Positions 10,706-22,007 of a DNA stretch of 64,000 nt are shown here, in pieces. The number at the start of each line of letters is the position of its first letter. Position 1 is the first letter of the stretch. The notes below the pieces were generated by a model. The model was not told the origin of the DNA. It was given only the letters and a program-made list of their open reading frames with translations, and ran no database searches. This DNA comes from Patescibacteria group bacterium. Lineage in GTDB: Bacteria; Patescibacteriota; Kazan-3B-28. The stretch lies in NCBI GenBank assembly GCA_041389145.1, contig JAWKSK010000003.1, positions 128 through 64,127 of the forward strand, read 5' to 3'. Made by a program: the position numbers and the translations under genes.

Positions 10706-11237
10706 GTTTAGTTACTTCCTAGGGGTCTCTATATTACTGTTAGTGTTCGCGATCGGGTATCAACTACTATCACACGTAGATAGTCCAAACATCTCTCCCC
10801 TGTTAGAGAGTGTGGCTGGGTTTAGCACCGATAGACAACAGTTAGGATCAGAGGGTGGTTTCCATTACTTACGTAAAGGGAATATTACAAACCTCAACAG
10901 TAGTCAGCGCCTAGAATTAGTGACCGAACTCAATCGCCCTAGTGTAATTGAGGATCAAATCATTACCCCTCAAACCACCGCCCAGTTAGTGAGTCGAAAC
11001 GGTAAAACCTTTATTGAGGTGTTAATGGTGGGTACAACGACCATATATAGCGAAGAAGGTCCAGCAGAAAGCATATATTCTGGTGTTAGGGGCAAGGTGG
11101 AAGGAGATGGACCAATATCTAGAGGTAAATATCTGACAGGAATGAAAGTAACCCAACCAATTCAGGTATTTGTGCCTTCTGAGAATACAAAATTTAAGCT
11201 TACACCGACCCAGAAGGCTCTGGTGTTATATGGTTAG
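10686..11237 (+). CDS. Hypothetical secreted or anchored protein
   Basis: 183 aa with N-terminal signal anchor FSYFLGVSILLLVFAIGYQLL. Overlaps the upstream gene by 20 nt. Confidence 0.45.
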   Translation: MMKVKSRFSYFLGVSILLLVFAIGYQLLSHVDSPNISPLLESVAGFSTDRQQLGSEGGFHYLRKGNITNLNSSQRLELVTELNRPSVIEDQIITPQTTAQLVSRNGKTFIEVLMVGTTTIYSEEGPAESIYSGVRGKVEGDGPISRGKYLTGMKVTQPIQVFVPSENTKFKLTPTQKALVLYG

Positions 11238-11296
11238 ATATACTACTATAATCTGAACAAATTGGGTCGTAGGACCTGATTTATCTAATTTATCTC

Positions 11297-11367
11297 TGAG
11301 GTGTAGCTCAGTTGGTTAGAGCGTCCGCCTGTCACGCGGAAGGTCGCGGGTTCAGTCAATCACTCCA
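11297..11367 (+). tRNA. tRNA-Asp(GTC)-like gene with a defective T-arm and acceptor 3' strand (probable pseudo-tRNA)
   Basis: Normal 5' two-thirds: D-arm GCTC-AGTTGGTTA-GAGC and anticodon arm TCCGC-CTGTCAC-GCGGA. After GCGGGTTCAGTC there is no complementary CCCGC or CACCTCA. Confidence 0.55.
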
Positions 11368-11374
11368 TAAGTCT

Positions 11375-11400
11375 AAAAGCACCGAATTCCCGGTGCTTTT
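11375..11400. terminator. Hairpin terminator, potentially bidirectional
   Basis: AAAAGCACCG-aattcc-CGGTGCTTTT. Confidence 0.6.
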
Positions 11401-11940
11401 ATAATTGATCTAGCTGGTTTTGATACTTCTTCGTTGTGTCTCCAATCTGGGTGTAATAGTCGATCAGTTCACGTAGTAGATCTGAGCTATTGGTGTTGAA
11501 GTGATCCCCTGTTTTAGAAGGTCTGGGATTTTTTTGAGCTGATTGTCATCGGCTGGCCAATTTTAGTGCAAAGAGACTAAGTTGATGTAGGCAGTGGTGT
11601 ACTTGGGATTTATAGAAATTGCGGTTTGATAGTTGGTTTCAGCATCTTCGTAGAGCTGGGTTTTTGTATGCATTACCAGGTTGTTGAATGCAGCAACCGA
11701 TGCCCTTATCTCTGGGTAGCAATTTCATAGTATTTAAAGCAGAAGTTTGATAGTCTTGGGTTCTAAAAGTATAAAACACCTAACTGATAGGCGGCTTCAA
11801 AGTCATTTGCAGGTCTTGGGTGAGACGGTGGTGTAGTTGGTAATTTGGGCACTGGTAAATAGTGAATCTTTAACAAAATAGCCAGTTACAAGAATTGCAA
11901 CCAGCGATAGCAGAAAGAGGATAAGACCAGTCTTGCGCAT
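11399..11940 (-). pseudogene. TM-anchored TPR-repeat protein, frame-disrupted
   Basis: Start MRKTGLILFLLSLVAILVTGYF. TPR-like stretch YPEIRASVAAFNNLVMHTKTQLYEDAETNYQTAISINPKYTTAYINL. Tail LLRELIDYYTQIGDTTKKYQNQLDQL-TAA. The pieces lie in three frames. Confidence 0.55.
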
Positions 11941-11944
11941 TCGT

Positions 11945-12485
11945 GCGAGGACGGATGATCTCTTACCGCTAATTGGTAAATCTAATACATGATCGGCGGT
12001 GAGAATTCCAAATAAAAGCTGGCACCGAAAGTGGTGTTAGACTGACCGAGCGAATTTGCATGAACCCAGGCTGACTAGTTCTCTGGCAAGGGTAATTTCT
12101 TCATCTAAAAGTAACGGTCTGATGGATTGCCTTCAAATCGAATACCCAGTTGGCAACAACCTCGTCTTCTTGGGGAGGTAAGTGGAACCAGTCCGTTAAA
12201 TTTACGAATCTTTTTTGGAGGCTCCCGCCTTCTGGGTAGAAACTAGCCCAGAAATTGAGATATCTTCTTCCGTGGTATTGGTTAAGTGTAGGTATCGAGT
12301 AGTTGTGAGTTGGATTCTGAATGATAGTGATAAAGTGTTATCTAATCCAACATCAAGCCCCACGAGCTGGCTTTAGTATTGCTTGTTGGCCCAGAAAGGG
12401 TCAAACTAGTACCGATAACTACTACTAGGGCCCAAGCAGCAACTTGGGCAAAGCAGACAGGTGCAGGATAGTTCCTGGTTTTCAT
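11945..12485 (-). pseudogene. Hypothetical exported protein, frame-disrupted
   Basis: MKTRNYPAPVCFAQVAAWALVVVIGTS start, then coherent peptides in shifting frames. No family recognised and the end coordinate is approximate. Confidence 0.35.
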
Positions 12486-12518
12486 TACTATTAATATAGC
12501 ACAGCTAAGAGATATAAG

Positions 12519-13860
12519 ATGAGATTTTCAACCCGAAGGATAAAATTCTTAACTTTTATTTTAGACCTCATCGGACTAACAACGGGGTTAGCCTTGGCTT
12601 TGTATTTGAGATATCCCGAGACCTTTGGGCCATCGTTGTTTTCAACTTTACGCTGGTGCATTTGCAGTGCATGTGCAAAATTGGCTGGTGATTATGTATA
12701 TCAAATCTGTATGGTAAAAGTTTTCTTAAATAGGTGGTTGTGTAGTGAAGCTAGCACAGGCGTTAAGCCTAGGTATCGTATTAGGAGGAGTTATTGTCTT
12801 CTATCTATTACCCTAACAATGACCTAACTCCAAAGCGACTATTGCTACTTGATGGAGCGCTTGGATTTGGATTGATTGTTGGTCTAAGAGGCTTTACTGA
12901 TCTCATTGATTGGTAAGTATTTTCAACGGACAACATCCTATTACTAGGAAATGGTCCAATGCTATCAGCGATTGTTAATGAAACTGAAATAGACCTTTTA
13001 GAATAGTTGGCGTGATTTCTGATCATCAAAATGAGATAGCTAAGATTGATGGAATCAAACTGTTTGGGGACTGGAACAGGCTGCTGAATCGTGGAGAAGA
13101 ATCGAGTAAAAATAAGATTGTATTATTAAATGATTTAAAAAAGCCAATGGGATGACCGAGCTTCTTTATCCCCCTGTCCAAGGTTGAGTTCTTATCTAAG
13201 AGGATTTTTATGGGAAACATTTCATAAAATTCAGTTAGTGAAATCCCGATGCAACGTGGATGCTTACCAACTTAAAAAAATTGTGGGTTTTGAGGATGGG
13301 TTAAAACGAATTGCAGATATTCTGTTAGGTCTTATTTTGTTAGCGATTACCATTGTGACCTTCCCGGTGGTAGCAATCTTAGTGTGGACGACCAAGGGGC
13401 CATTGATCTTCACCCAAAGAAGAGTGGGGTTAAATGGTAAACCGTTTGTAATGGTGAAATACCGCACTATGTATGGAGATGTGGATGACAAGAAGGTTAG
13501 TGGCTAACCAATGAGAATGATCCCAAAATTACTTGGGCAGGAAAGTTTCTGAGAAAGTCTCGGCTAAATGAATTGCCTCAAGCTTGGAATATCAAGGTGA
13601 GATGAGTTTCTAAGTGGGCCACCGGCCTAGGCGTCAGGTTTGTAAAGATGCTGGAAAAGAGATTCCTTTTATAACGACAGACATCTAACAAAACCCAGGC
13701 CTCACTGGTTGGGCACAAATTCATTGGAGCATGTTGCTAGCGTAAAGAGTCATTAGAACTGCAGTACGATTTGTACTATGTTAAGCACCGTAACCTATTT
13801 ATGGATCTTGGGATTATCTTAAAGACGGTCGCCAATATCCTAGGCCTAAAGGGTCGGTAA
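12519..13860 (+). pseudogene. Polyprenyl-phosphate glycosyl-1-phosphate transferase (WbaP / bacterial sugar transferase family), frame-disrupted
   Basis: ADILLGLILLAITIVTFPVVAILVWTTKGPLIFTQRRVGLNGKPFVMVKYRTM, then NDPKITWAGKFLRKSRLNELPQ, LTGWAQI and YDLYYVKHRNLFMDLGIILKTVANILGLKGR in other frames. Confidence 0.7.
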
Positions 13861-14780
13861 TGGTTGTTTACTAAAAATCAGGTTGGTATGAATGCTATCT
13901 TTACCAATGACCCGGGCAACTTCCTCCTGGGTAATTTCTAATGGTTGAAGTAGTCCTTCTAGATTTAGTGCGTATGCCCTGTAGCTAACTAATTAGGTGC
14001 TGAAGAGGCTCTTATATGAGGCTCGTTTTATTAATCCTCATTTCTAGACTGATAAGGGGTTGATGTTGGTGAGAGTTTTCATTCCCCCAGCAATTACATC
14101 CAAAGCTCAGCTCCCTCTACATCAATTTTGATAAAGGAAGGAACTATATTCTTTTCCATACAAGAGCGATCAGGGTAGTGACGGATACTGAAATGGATTC
14201 AGTAGTAGAGCGTCAGTGTTGAAGACTGTTTTTAACTTCGATACCTTTGAACTGAGATGGAATTGAGAGGTTCTGAGGTTTCCCTACCGCCAATTGGTGA
14301 AGATGGATTTGGGGGTGGTGGGTGGTATTTGTTGCAGTAAATTGAATGTTGCTGGAGTTGGTTCAAAGCATGGATTTGGCCGTCATAATGAGCTGTGCCG
14401 ACAAAGAGTAGGTAAATCCAACACTAGCCCCCAATATCTAAAAAGGTATCGCCTGGCTGGAGATGATTAATCAGGAAGCGGGTTAAGCCTACCTCTGAGC
14501 TATCCTTTAGGAGACCGAATACTGTAGTATAAGTAATCGAGCCAATAACACTTTAAGGCTCGCCCAAAAAGCTAGCGGTCTGTGGAACTGGTATAATTTT
14601 TAGAAATTTGCAATCTAGCAAAGAGAAGAAGAGGAGCTTGAAATCGCAAAGCGTGACTGACTTTCCCTTGCCGTAGTGTTGTTGCCACCACTTCCATTCA
14701 ATAACGGCACCGTCTAGTTGGTGATTATTTCTCGACAGTAGATTGCATAAGTATACACCAGGAATTATCAGATAGAACAA
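13846..14780 (-). pseudogene. FkbM-family methyltransferase, frame-disrupted
   Basis: LINHLQPGDTFLDIG..IYLLFVG and SFIKIDVEGAEL..VIAGGMKTL are recovered from different frames. The start is approximate. Confidence 0.5.
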
Positions 14781-14781
14781 G

Positions 14782-15490
14782 ATGAACGAAGATCAATTCA
14801 ACAACTCCTGATTTTGCAATGCAGTTACACTAGCTAGGTAAGCTTTGCTGCAAGATAGCAGGTGAAGAGTATAGACATTGCCTGCTGGACCATGGACGGC
14901 AGCAGATGTTGCTTGATGCAGGTGCAACCCAAGTTATTGGGATGGATATCGATAACAAAACCATCAACCAGGCTCAGTCAGATTATCCAGAATCTGGGCT
15001 AACTAAGGTGGGCAATGCTGAAGCGATTATTTAAAAGATGCCATCTAAGCAGTATGGTGGTGTCTTTTTGAGACGATTGAACACTGAACCATCCAGGAAA
15101 GTTTTGGATGAAGCTATATGAGAGTCTTAAAGCCAGGAGGAAAGTTAATCCTTTCGACACCAAATCGGAATATTACATCTCCCCTACCTTGTTAAACCGG
15201 GTAATGTTTTCATGAACATGAATTTAAAGTCAGGGCTGATTAATTTAATTAAGGAAATCTGGTTTTAAAGATATCAATATGTCTCGGACAGCAATCGATC
15301 CAGAAAAGAATTTAAAAAAGTTTTGATTACTCAGTCGATTACTCAAGTTATTAGAACCTGGGGACTGAGAAAGATTGTAAACTGGGCCAAGTCGAGTTCC
15401 CAAATGGAAGGCAACCATAAGAAATTCATCGGGGATTTTACCACACTAGCAGACCCCAACTTGGTTGCTGTGAGACAGGAAGAGAATTAG
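14782..15490 (+). pseudogene. Class I SAM-dependent methyltransferase, frame-disrupted
   Basis: IDIAC.T..GSRMLLDAGATQVIGMDIDNKTINQAQ and LKPGGKLILSTPN are split between frames. Confidence 0.55.
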
Positions 15491-15523
15491 CATTTGTTGA
15501 TATATGGTAGTTACTGCTACAAA

Positions 15524-16994
15524 ATGAACCGATTAAAAGGACTATTCCGGGAAGTGATTGCATATAACTTGCTAGAGAATTATTCCGGTTGTAGTTGGTT
15601 TTGTTTTTGTTGCCACTCTATACCAGAACCTTAACCCCTGGTGGTATGGGCAGTTTGCTTTGGCAGATACCATATCCAAATTGCTGCTATTATTGGCAGG
15701 TGGATTGGGCACGGTGATTATTCGACACTATTACAGACAGTGCCAATCATTTACTAAAAACCAAACTAGAAGGCTCCTTGTCTTAGTTGGGATTGTGACA
15801 ATTGGCGGACTAGTTCCTATGCACCTGGCTAGCTTGGTGTTTGACCTAGGACTTGATACCAATCTTATCCTACTAGCAGTTGGTAGTGGTGGGTTGAGTG
15901 CTGGATTGCACAGTATTGTCAATGGTATCCAAGATCTCAGAGGAATAGTTCAGGCTTCACTTACTGGAATAGTTCAATTAGTCGGCACCTTAGTGCTTAC
16001 CTGGATTTATTAACCACAATTAATCCAACTAACTGACGGTAATAGCTGTGGTAATTGGCGGAGCTATAGCAGTGCTACTTGGAACTATTCTGGTATAAAG
16101 TATTCCTTTTTCCAATTAAATCGGGTGGAAGATTTCGCGAACTATTACGAGGTCTTTGCCGTTGGTTCCCGCCGGATTAGCAGCCTGGGCAATGACATTT
16201 TATTGATGGTGATGCTGTCTCCCTACCGTAGTTTTGAGGAAGTGGGTCGGTATGCATTCCTTACTATACAATTGGAATGGTAGTATCGTTCGCCGCTCTT
16301 GGGTTTCAACGGGCATGGGTCCCTACTTTATGGAGCAGGCAAAGGAAGCTACGAATAATAAGATAGTAAAACTGTCTCTGGTTTTATTTATTACCCTACT
16401 GGCTTGGGCTTTCTTGGGAATTAGTTTCTTTGCATCTGGTTATGAACTGATGGGTGGATCGTTGTATATGGCACTCCCCTTATCACCATCACTGCATTGG
16501 GATATGTATTCCGTACTATTTATCTAATTCAATCATGAGCATGTTTAACGATAAGAAGAATAGTTGGGTGGCATATATCAGCGTGATAGCGCAGTTATAA
16601 ACATTGGACTCAACTGGTGGTGGATTCCACAATACGGAATGATGGGAGCAGCCCTTGCGACATTGGTTTCATATCTAATAATGTGGTATTGGCTGGGATC
16701 TTAGTAAGTCGGACTAAATTTTCTGATTATCCGCTAGGAATCTGGATTATTTCGTTATTTAGTGCCATAATTTTAAGCCAAGCAGGAATTGAGCAAGTCT
16801 GGCTCAAGAAGCAGGTGTACTATTTATTGGCAGTGATTGGGGCATTGTATGCAAAACAACAGTTAAAGAATATTAAAGGTTTGAAAGTAATTGCCCTCCC
16901 ATCCAGAAAACAGGATTTGTCCCCAGAGCAAGAGCACAAACTGCAGGACATGGTTTGTGTATCACCAAATCACTCAACCATGGATTTCAATTAG
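15524..16994 (+). pseudogene. Polysaccharide flippase (Wzx/MOP-type)-like membrane protein, frame-disrupted
   Basis: MNRLKGLFREVIAYNLLE start, many TM-like segments across frames and YGMMGAALATLVSYLIMWYW near the C-terminus. The end is approximate. Confidence 0.45.
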
Positions 16995-16999
16995 TTACG

Positions 17000-18986
17000 G
17001 TGCTAAGGACTTAGAGACCCAAAGCTATGGGTTAATGCGGTTCGTACACAGGTGTATAACATTCCCCAGTTGATCAATTTTCTTGATCTATTAGAAAAAT
17101 CGGGGAAGAATTAAACTACACGGGAGCAGTAGTATTGTCGCCAAGTGGTAAGGGTATTTTATTACTGGTTGGAACGATATTGGAAAAAACCACATACACT
17201 ACATTTTAGGGAAAATGGGGTATGGAGTTTTGGCGGACGATTGCTTCTGGATGGACCAGAAAGGGATTTGTTATCAGGCTCAAAACAAACAGGAGTTATT
17301 CCCCACCCGATAATTTGGCTGGTATCGACTTAGCATGGCTCTGAAGATTACTAGCTGCAATTAAATTGCGCATTAGCAAACTAGCATTTTTACATAAGAA
17401 TGTTTCCAAACTTTTTATCTTGCCATATTCAAGGTTTGGAAAAGATATTTCAATGGCTCAAATTAATGAGGTGTTAGTAGAGCCAGGAAATATCGAGCCA
17501 ATTAGAGATATAGATAAAGAGATTGGTTTGGATAAAATTATTAATACCTCATGGGCTTTGGAGGCTTAACGGGTTCCTAAAAGAATTGTTGAGCACTACT
17601 GCTTTGCAAATAACAACGACTACAATTCTTACGGATAGAGCAGAACAGATCCGTAGAAGCTCCCTGAAGAACATTAAGGTGGTTGGGATTAAAAGGTAAT
17701 AACTACCAGGAATACGTAGGATCAAATGGTGGTATGTTAGTGAACGAGAGCCAGTATCAGAAAATTATCAAAGTAATTTTCCAGATCCGGCAATACATCA
17801 GCCAGCAATGAAGAAAGGTGAACTATCCAAAGATTTAGGAGTTTGGGAATTAAATATCAATGCCTGGTATTGGCTGGTGGTGGATGGAAATATGGAGAAA
17901 CCACCATCCGGGATGGAAAAATGTATACCGATATCGATATCTTCTATTTGCTCCACTAGCATTCCTCAAGGACTGGAGACATTAAACAGATTGAATCCCA
18001 GTAAATAAGGAGCTGGATGAACTGAAATCCATTTCCAGGGACTTATCATACAGTTGATTAATAAAACCCGGACACTATGGGTATCGACTCAAAAACGAAG
18101 GGGTAGTATTAGATGGTGATGAAATGTGCTAACCCAAGATTTTGTACAGCTGAGACCAACCTCCTACCACTGAGGCGATCAGAACCTAACGGAAAACTTA
18201 ATCGGCAGACTCTGGTATTTCTCAACTCACAATTATGAACAGAAAATGGAGGAGGGGTATCAGCTCGGCAAGAATACTATCTAAGCTTAAGGTGAAGCGG
18301 TACTAATGAAAGCTGGCATGTTGGCTCCTAGTCGAGCTGAACGACTCAAGATGCTGGAACAAGTATCGTATTGATGAAGAGGTGATGAAGAAGCGAATCA
18401 AGTTAGGTTACGAGATTAAACTAACACCTGGAACTAAATATGTTCCCATTCCAGAGCTGGGCAGTATAAAAGATGCAAGAGCGGCAGGTATTTCGGTTTA
18501 AACTAGTTATTAGCACCAGTCATCCTCTGGAATACTGGATAATGAACAGCAAACCAAGTCTTAGCACTAGATTGTTGTTTCACGGTGGAGGTGTATAAAG
18601 AGCAGGATTAAAGCCAAAACTGTCAGTTATAAACCTTAATCCATTCATCGTAACTGTACCAGTGGGCGTGGAATGCTACTCAAAACCCAGTAGATATTTC
18701 TAAATGGTTGGAATTGAAAGTAATAAGTATAATTTGGTTGAGATTATCAGGAGATGGCAACTCCAGCTACTATTAGACTTGAGTAATGGAAAATAAGAAA
18801 TTTTATTTTAATTGTTGGTGCAGCCTAGGTTAGGGATTTTTTGAATGCTAAAATAAGTTTATTGAAGGAGGTCACAAGCTGTACTGATTGGAGAATTGTC
18901 GGCATGGGGTGAACCTAGAGTTCGATTATTAATGACTCTATTGATCAGGTAACTGAATACGAGAATAATTTTTACAATCCCACAAA
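17000..18986. other. Unresolved block of frame-disrupted coding remnants
   Basis: Only short ORFs. Fragments include a nucleotidyltransferase-like piece (..GGG.KYGETT..D.DIDIFYLL, about 17.85-17.95 kb) and a gene end KKRIKLGYEIKLTPGTKYVPIPELGSIKDARAAGISV at about 18.5 kb. Confidence 0.3.
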
Positions 18987-20017
18987 ATGAAATATGGAAA
19001 GCGCAATAGATTAGCCAACTATATGCCAAACGTTGTGCCAATGCAATTGCTAATAAGATTGATGCAAATAGAAGTTACTGATCTGATAGTTTGGAATGGT
19101 GCACCAACTCTGTCACAAGCTGCTGTTCAGATAGCTAAGCAAAAGGAGTTAAGGTATAAGTATGGAAAATGGTATGCTAAAACCTTACAGCTAGACCTAA
19201 AGGTGTAAATTTTAATAACTGTGTCACCTCAATCCCGGTAGAGAAGTTTTTAACCTACCAGTTAAAACCCAAGCAATCACAAGAGTTATCCCCTACTCCA
19301 AAGATATGGCATAACGGATTGGAGATGTTGGGAAGATATATAAATAAATTTGGTTTGTGGTGGTTTGTCACCGATATTTATTGGAACAGATTTATTCCGG
19401 ATCAGGTAGGAAAGAAACTTAGATCTAGGAGAAAAGATGAAAACGTGGAATTGCCGGATAAGTTCATTCTGCTTCCACTCCAGGTCCAGGACGATACACA
19501 GATCCTGATGCACTCTAGATTTAGTGGGATGGAAGAAGTTATTGAGGAGACTGTACAGGCTGCTAAATCTTTAAACTACCAGTTGGTAATCAAAGAACAT
19601 CCTCAGGATTTAGGGAGGGTTAATTACGAAGAGATTAAAAAGAAGTATCCAGAAGTAGTCTGGGTTAGATGGATTCCAATCCCAGAACTAATTAAAAAGG
19701 CGGATGTAGTAGTGACAGTTAACTCTTCGGTTGGAATCGAAGCTTTATTGGAAAAGAAACCAGTTGTGGTATTAGGTGATGCATTTTACAACAAACCGGG
19801 AGTTGTATGGTCTGCTAGGAAGGGTGAGATGGCAAATCAAATATCCAGTGCCTTAAACACAAAATTAAACCATCAGTTGATTGATGGGTTTATCGCATAC
19901 CTAAATGATTACTTTATCTCAGGGACCTGGACTCAGTTTAGTGATCAGACATTGACCGAGATAGTTCACAGAGTTGTCGAGGATCGATACGCTGGAAAAA
20001 TTTACATTCTGGAATAG
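18987..20017 (+). pseudogene. Capsule polysaccharide biosynthesis protein (Capsule_synth, KpsS/KpsC-like); N-terminal third frameshifted, C-terminal 232 aa intact
   Basis: DLIVWNGAPTLSQAAVQIAKQKELRY, then LQLDLKGVNFNN-like text in another frame, then the intact ELPDKFILLPLQVQDDTQILMHS...VIKEHPQD...VVTVNSSVGIEALL. Confidence 0.6.
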
Positions 20018-20954
20018 TTCCGTATAGATCATAGCTGGCCTGATAGATATCCTCATCTGTCCAAACCACATGAGCTTTAAAGGGAGCTTTGCGTTTGGGA
20101 TCAGTTGGGCCAAAGATGGCTATCATAGAAACTTTTGTAATAGCAGCAAAGTGCATTGGTCCACAGTCAGTAGTGATGATCAGCTTTGCATGCTTAAGTA
20201 ATGCAACCGTTTGGGGCAAGGTCATTTTACCTGCTAAGTTAATAACGTTTGCGGGTAGGTTTAGCTGCTGGTAGCGATCACGATCATGCTTATCCCCTAT
20301 TAGAACCACCTGTTGGTGGGAATTGCCAAGACAATTGATAAGTTGTTGAAACTTATCCATAGGCAACATTCTGACCTGACTACTTTCATTGAAATTGTTG
20401 CCCCCGCTATTAACTACGGCAATGAAGTTAGTAAGGTGGTCTTCCTGGATTAGGGTTTTGGAAACCTGTTCATCCCCTGGGAGGAGAGTGAAGTCGAAAT
20501 CGGTGTCTTTGTAATCAACCGCCCCAAAAGATTGGAGGAGATCAAGGTAGAGATGAACTTCATGCTTTAAAGTTGTGGTAGGATAGCTACGTTGCAGTAA
20601 AAGCCGTGCAATGGCGTCTCTTCCAAACCCGATCCGAGAAGAGACCTGAGCAAGAGTAATAATTAATGCGAATACCCAACTACGACCAAGGGCAAAGCCA
20701 ATATCGTATCTACGGGTGCGAATATCACGAATCAGCTTTAATACCTGTTGTGGTTTACGCCACGATAATGACTGCTGAGGGATTGTGACAAAGTTGGAGA
20801 TATATGGATTTTGGCGGTATACCAGTGCTACCGATTCGGTTCCCCAAAAGTCGATTTGAGCATCAGGAAATAGCCCGCGCAATTGACGGGTAAACGGAGT
20901 GGTCATCAAGGCATCTCCTAGGGCTCCAATTTTAAATATAATAATCTTTTTCAT
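19938..20954 (-). CDS. Glycosyltransferase family 9 (heptosyltransferase-like)
   Basis: KIGALGDALMTTP at the N-terminus and ITTDCGPMHFAAI near the C-terminus. 338 aa. Confidence 0.75.
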   Translation of the reverse strand: MKKIIIFKIGALGDALMTTPFTRQLRGLFPDAQIDFWGTESVALVYRQNPYISNFVTIPQQSLSWRKPQQVLKLIRDIRTRRYDIGFALGRSWVFALIITLAQVSSRIGFGRDAIARLLLQRSYPTTTLKHEVHLYLDLLQSFGAVDYKDTDFDFTLLPGDEQVSKTLIQEDHLTNFIAVVNSGGNNFNESSQVRMLPMDKFQQLINCLGNSHQQVVLIGDKHDRDRYQQLNLPANVINLAGKMTLPQTVALLKHAKLIITTDCGPMHFAAITKVSMIAIFGPTDPKRKAPFKAHVVWTDEDIYQASYDLYGTIPECKFFQRIDPRQLCELSRSMSDH

Positions 20955-20987
20955 ATATTCTGTACTGGTTATGAGTATAATAAATTT

Positions 20988-22007
20988 ATGGCACAGGAGC
21001 TAATTAATTTACTAAAAGTTGTAGATACAGGGCTAGGCACACCAGCTAGCTGGCTTCTGTCATTGGCTAAAGCAAAAAGAACTCAACCAGAGAAGGTAGA
21101 GCGGATTTTAGTGAATAAATGGATTGGGATGGGAGATGTGGTAGTGACCTTACCAGCCTTAAAGAGGTTAAGAGAAAAGTATCCAAGTGCGAAAATAGAT
21201 TATCTAACCCACCCCAGAAGCTCTTTTCCATTAAAGAAGTCTGGATTGGTTGATGAAATTCATGAGTACAACCCAGTTAAAGATTCTGCATGGCAATTGA
21301 TTAAGAAACTAAGAGCTAATGACTACGATCTTGTCATTGATTTAGAACAACGGTATCGATTTTCTACTATGTTGCTGTTTTGGAGCAACCCTAAGTGGTT
21401 AGTTGGGTTTAGAGTGCCTGGTCAGGGCCGAGGGAATTTATTTGATGATGGAATCCCCTACCCAAACAAGGGACATGAGGCAGAGAAGTTTGGAAAAGTT
21501 ATGGAAAGCCTGGGATGTTTGCCGATAGAAAACCAACTTCCTAATCTTGCCTATGCAAAGAGTCCTATCACTGATACTAAAACTAAGGTAGTGATTCATA
21601 TTTCGGTAGGTCCTGCTTTATTAGCAAGAAAAATGTCAGCTGATACCTGGAATAGAATTGTGGGTATGCTTCCTCAAGATATTGAGCTTGTAATAACAGG
21701 TACTTCAGATGATGCGAACATTGCAGAAGCAGTACAGCAGAGTACTCAATTACCTGTTGTTAATACAGTTGGGAAATTAACCCTGGATGAGCTATGCGGG
21801 GTGTTTGATGATGCCAAGCTAGTTATTAGCTCTGAGACTGGCCCAATGCATCTTGCGGCTGCATCTAAGGCAGTGACAATTGGTCTATTTCCAATTGGTG
21901 ATCCTAATCAATGGAAGCCATTTGGTGAAAAGAACTTTGGGATATTAGCAGTAAATCAGCAGATTGACTGGAATCAGCTCGAGAAATTGATTAAATCTGC
22001 TTTATAG
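20988..22007 (+). CDS. Glycosyltransferase family 9 (heptosyltransferase-like), paralog
   Basis: WIGMGDVVVTLPAL and SSETGPMHLAAA motifs. 339 aa. Confidence 0.75.
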   Translation: MAQELINLLKVVDTGLGTPASWLLSLAKAKRTQPEKVERILVNKWIGMGDVVVTLPALKRLREKYPSAKIDYLTHPRSSFPLKKSGLVDEIHEYNPVKDSAWQLIKKLRANDYDLVIDLEQRYRFSTMLLFWSNPKWLVGFRVPGQGRGNLFDDGIPYPNKGHEAEKFGKVMESLGCLPIENQLPNLAYAKSPITDTKTKVVIHISVGPALLARKMSADTWNRIVGMLPQDIELVITGTSDDANIAEAVQQSTQLPVVNTVGKLTLDELCGVFDDAKLVISSETGPMHLAAASKAVTIGLFPIGDPNQWKPFGEKNFGILAVNQQIDWNQLEKLIKSAL

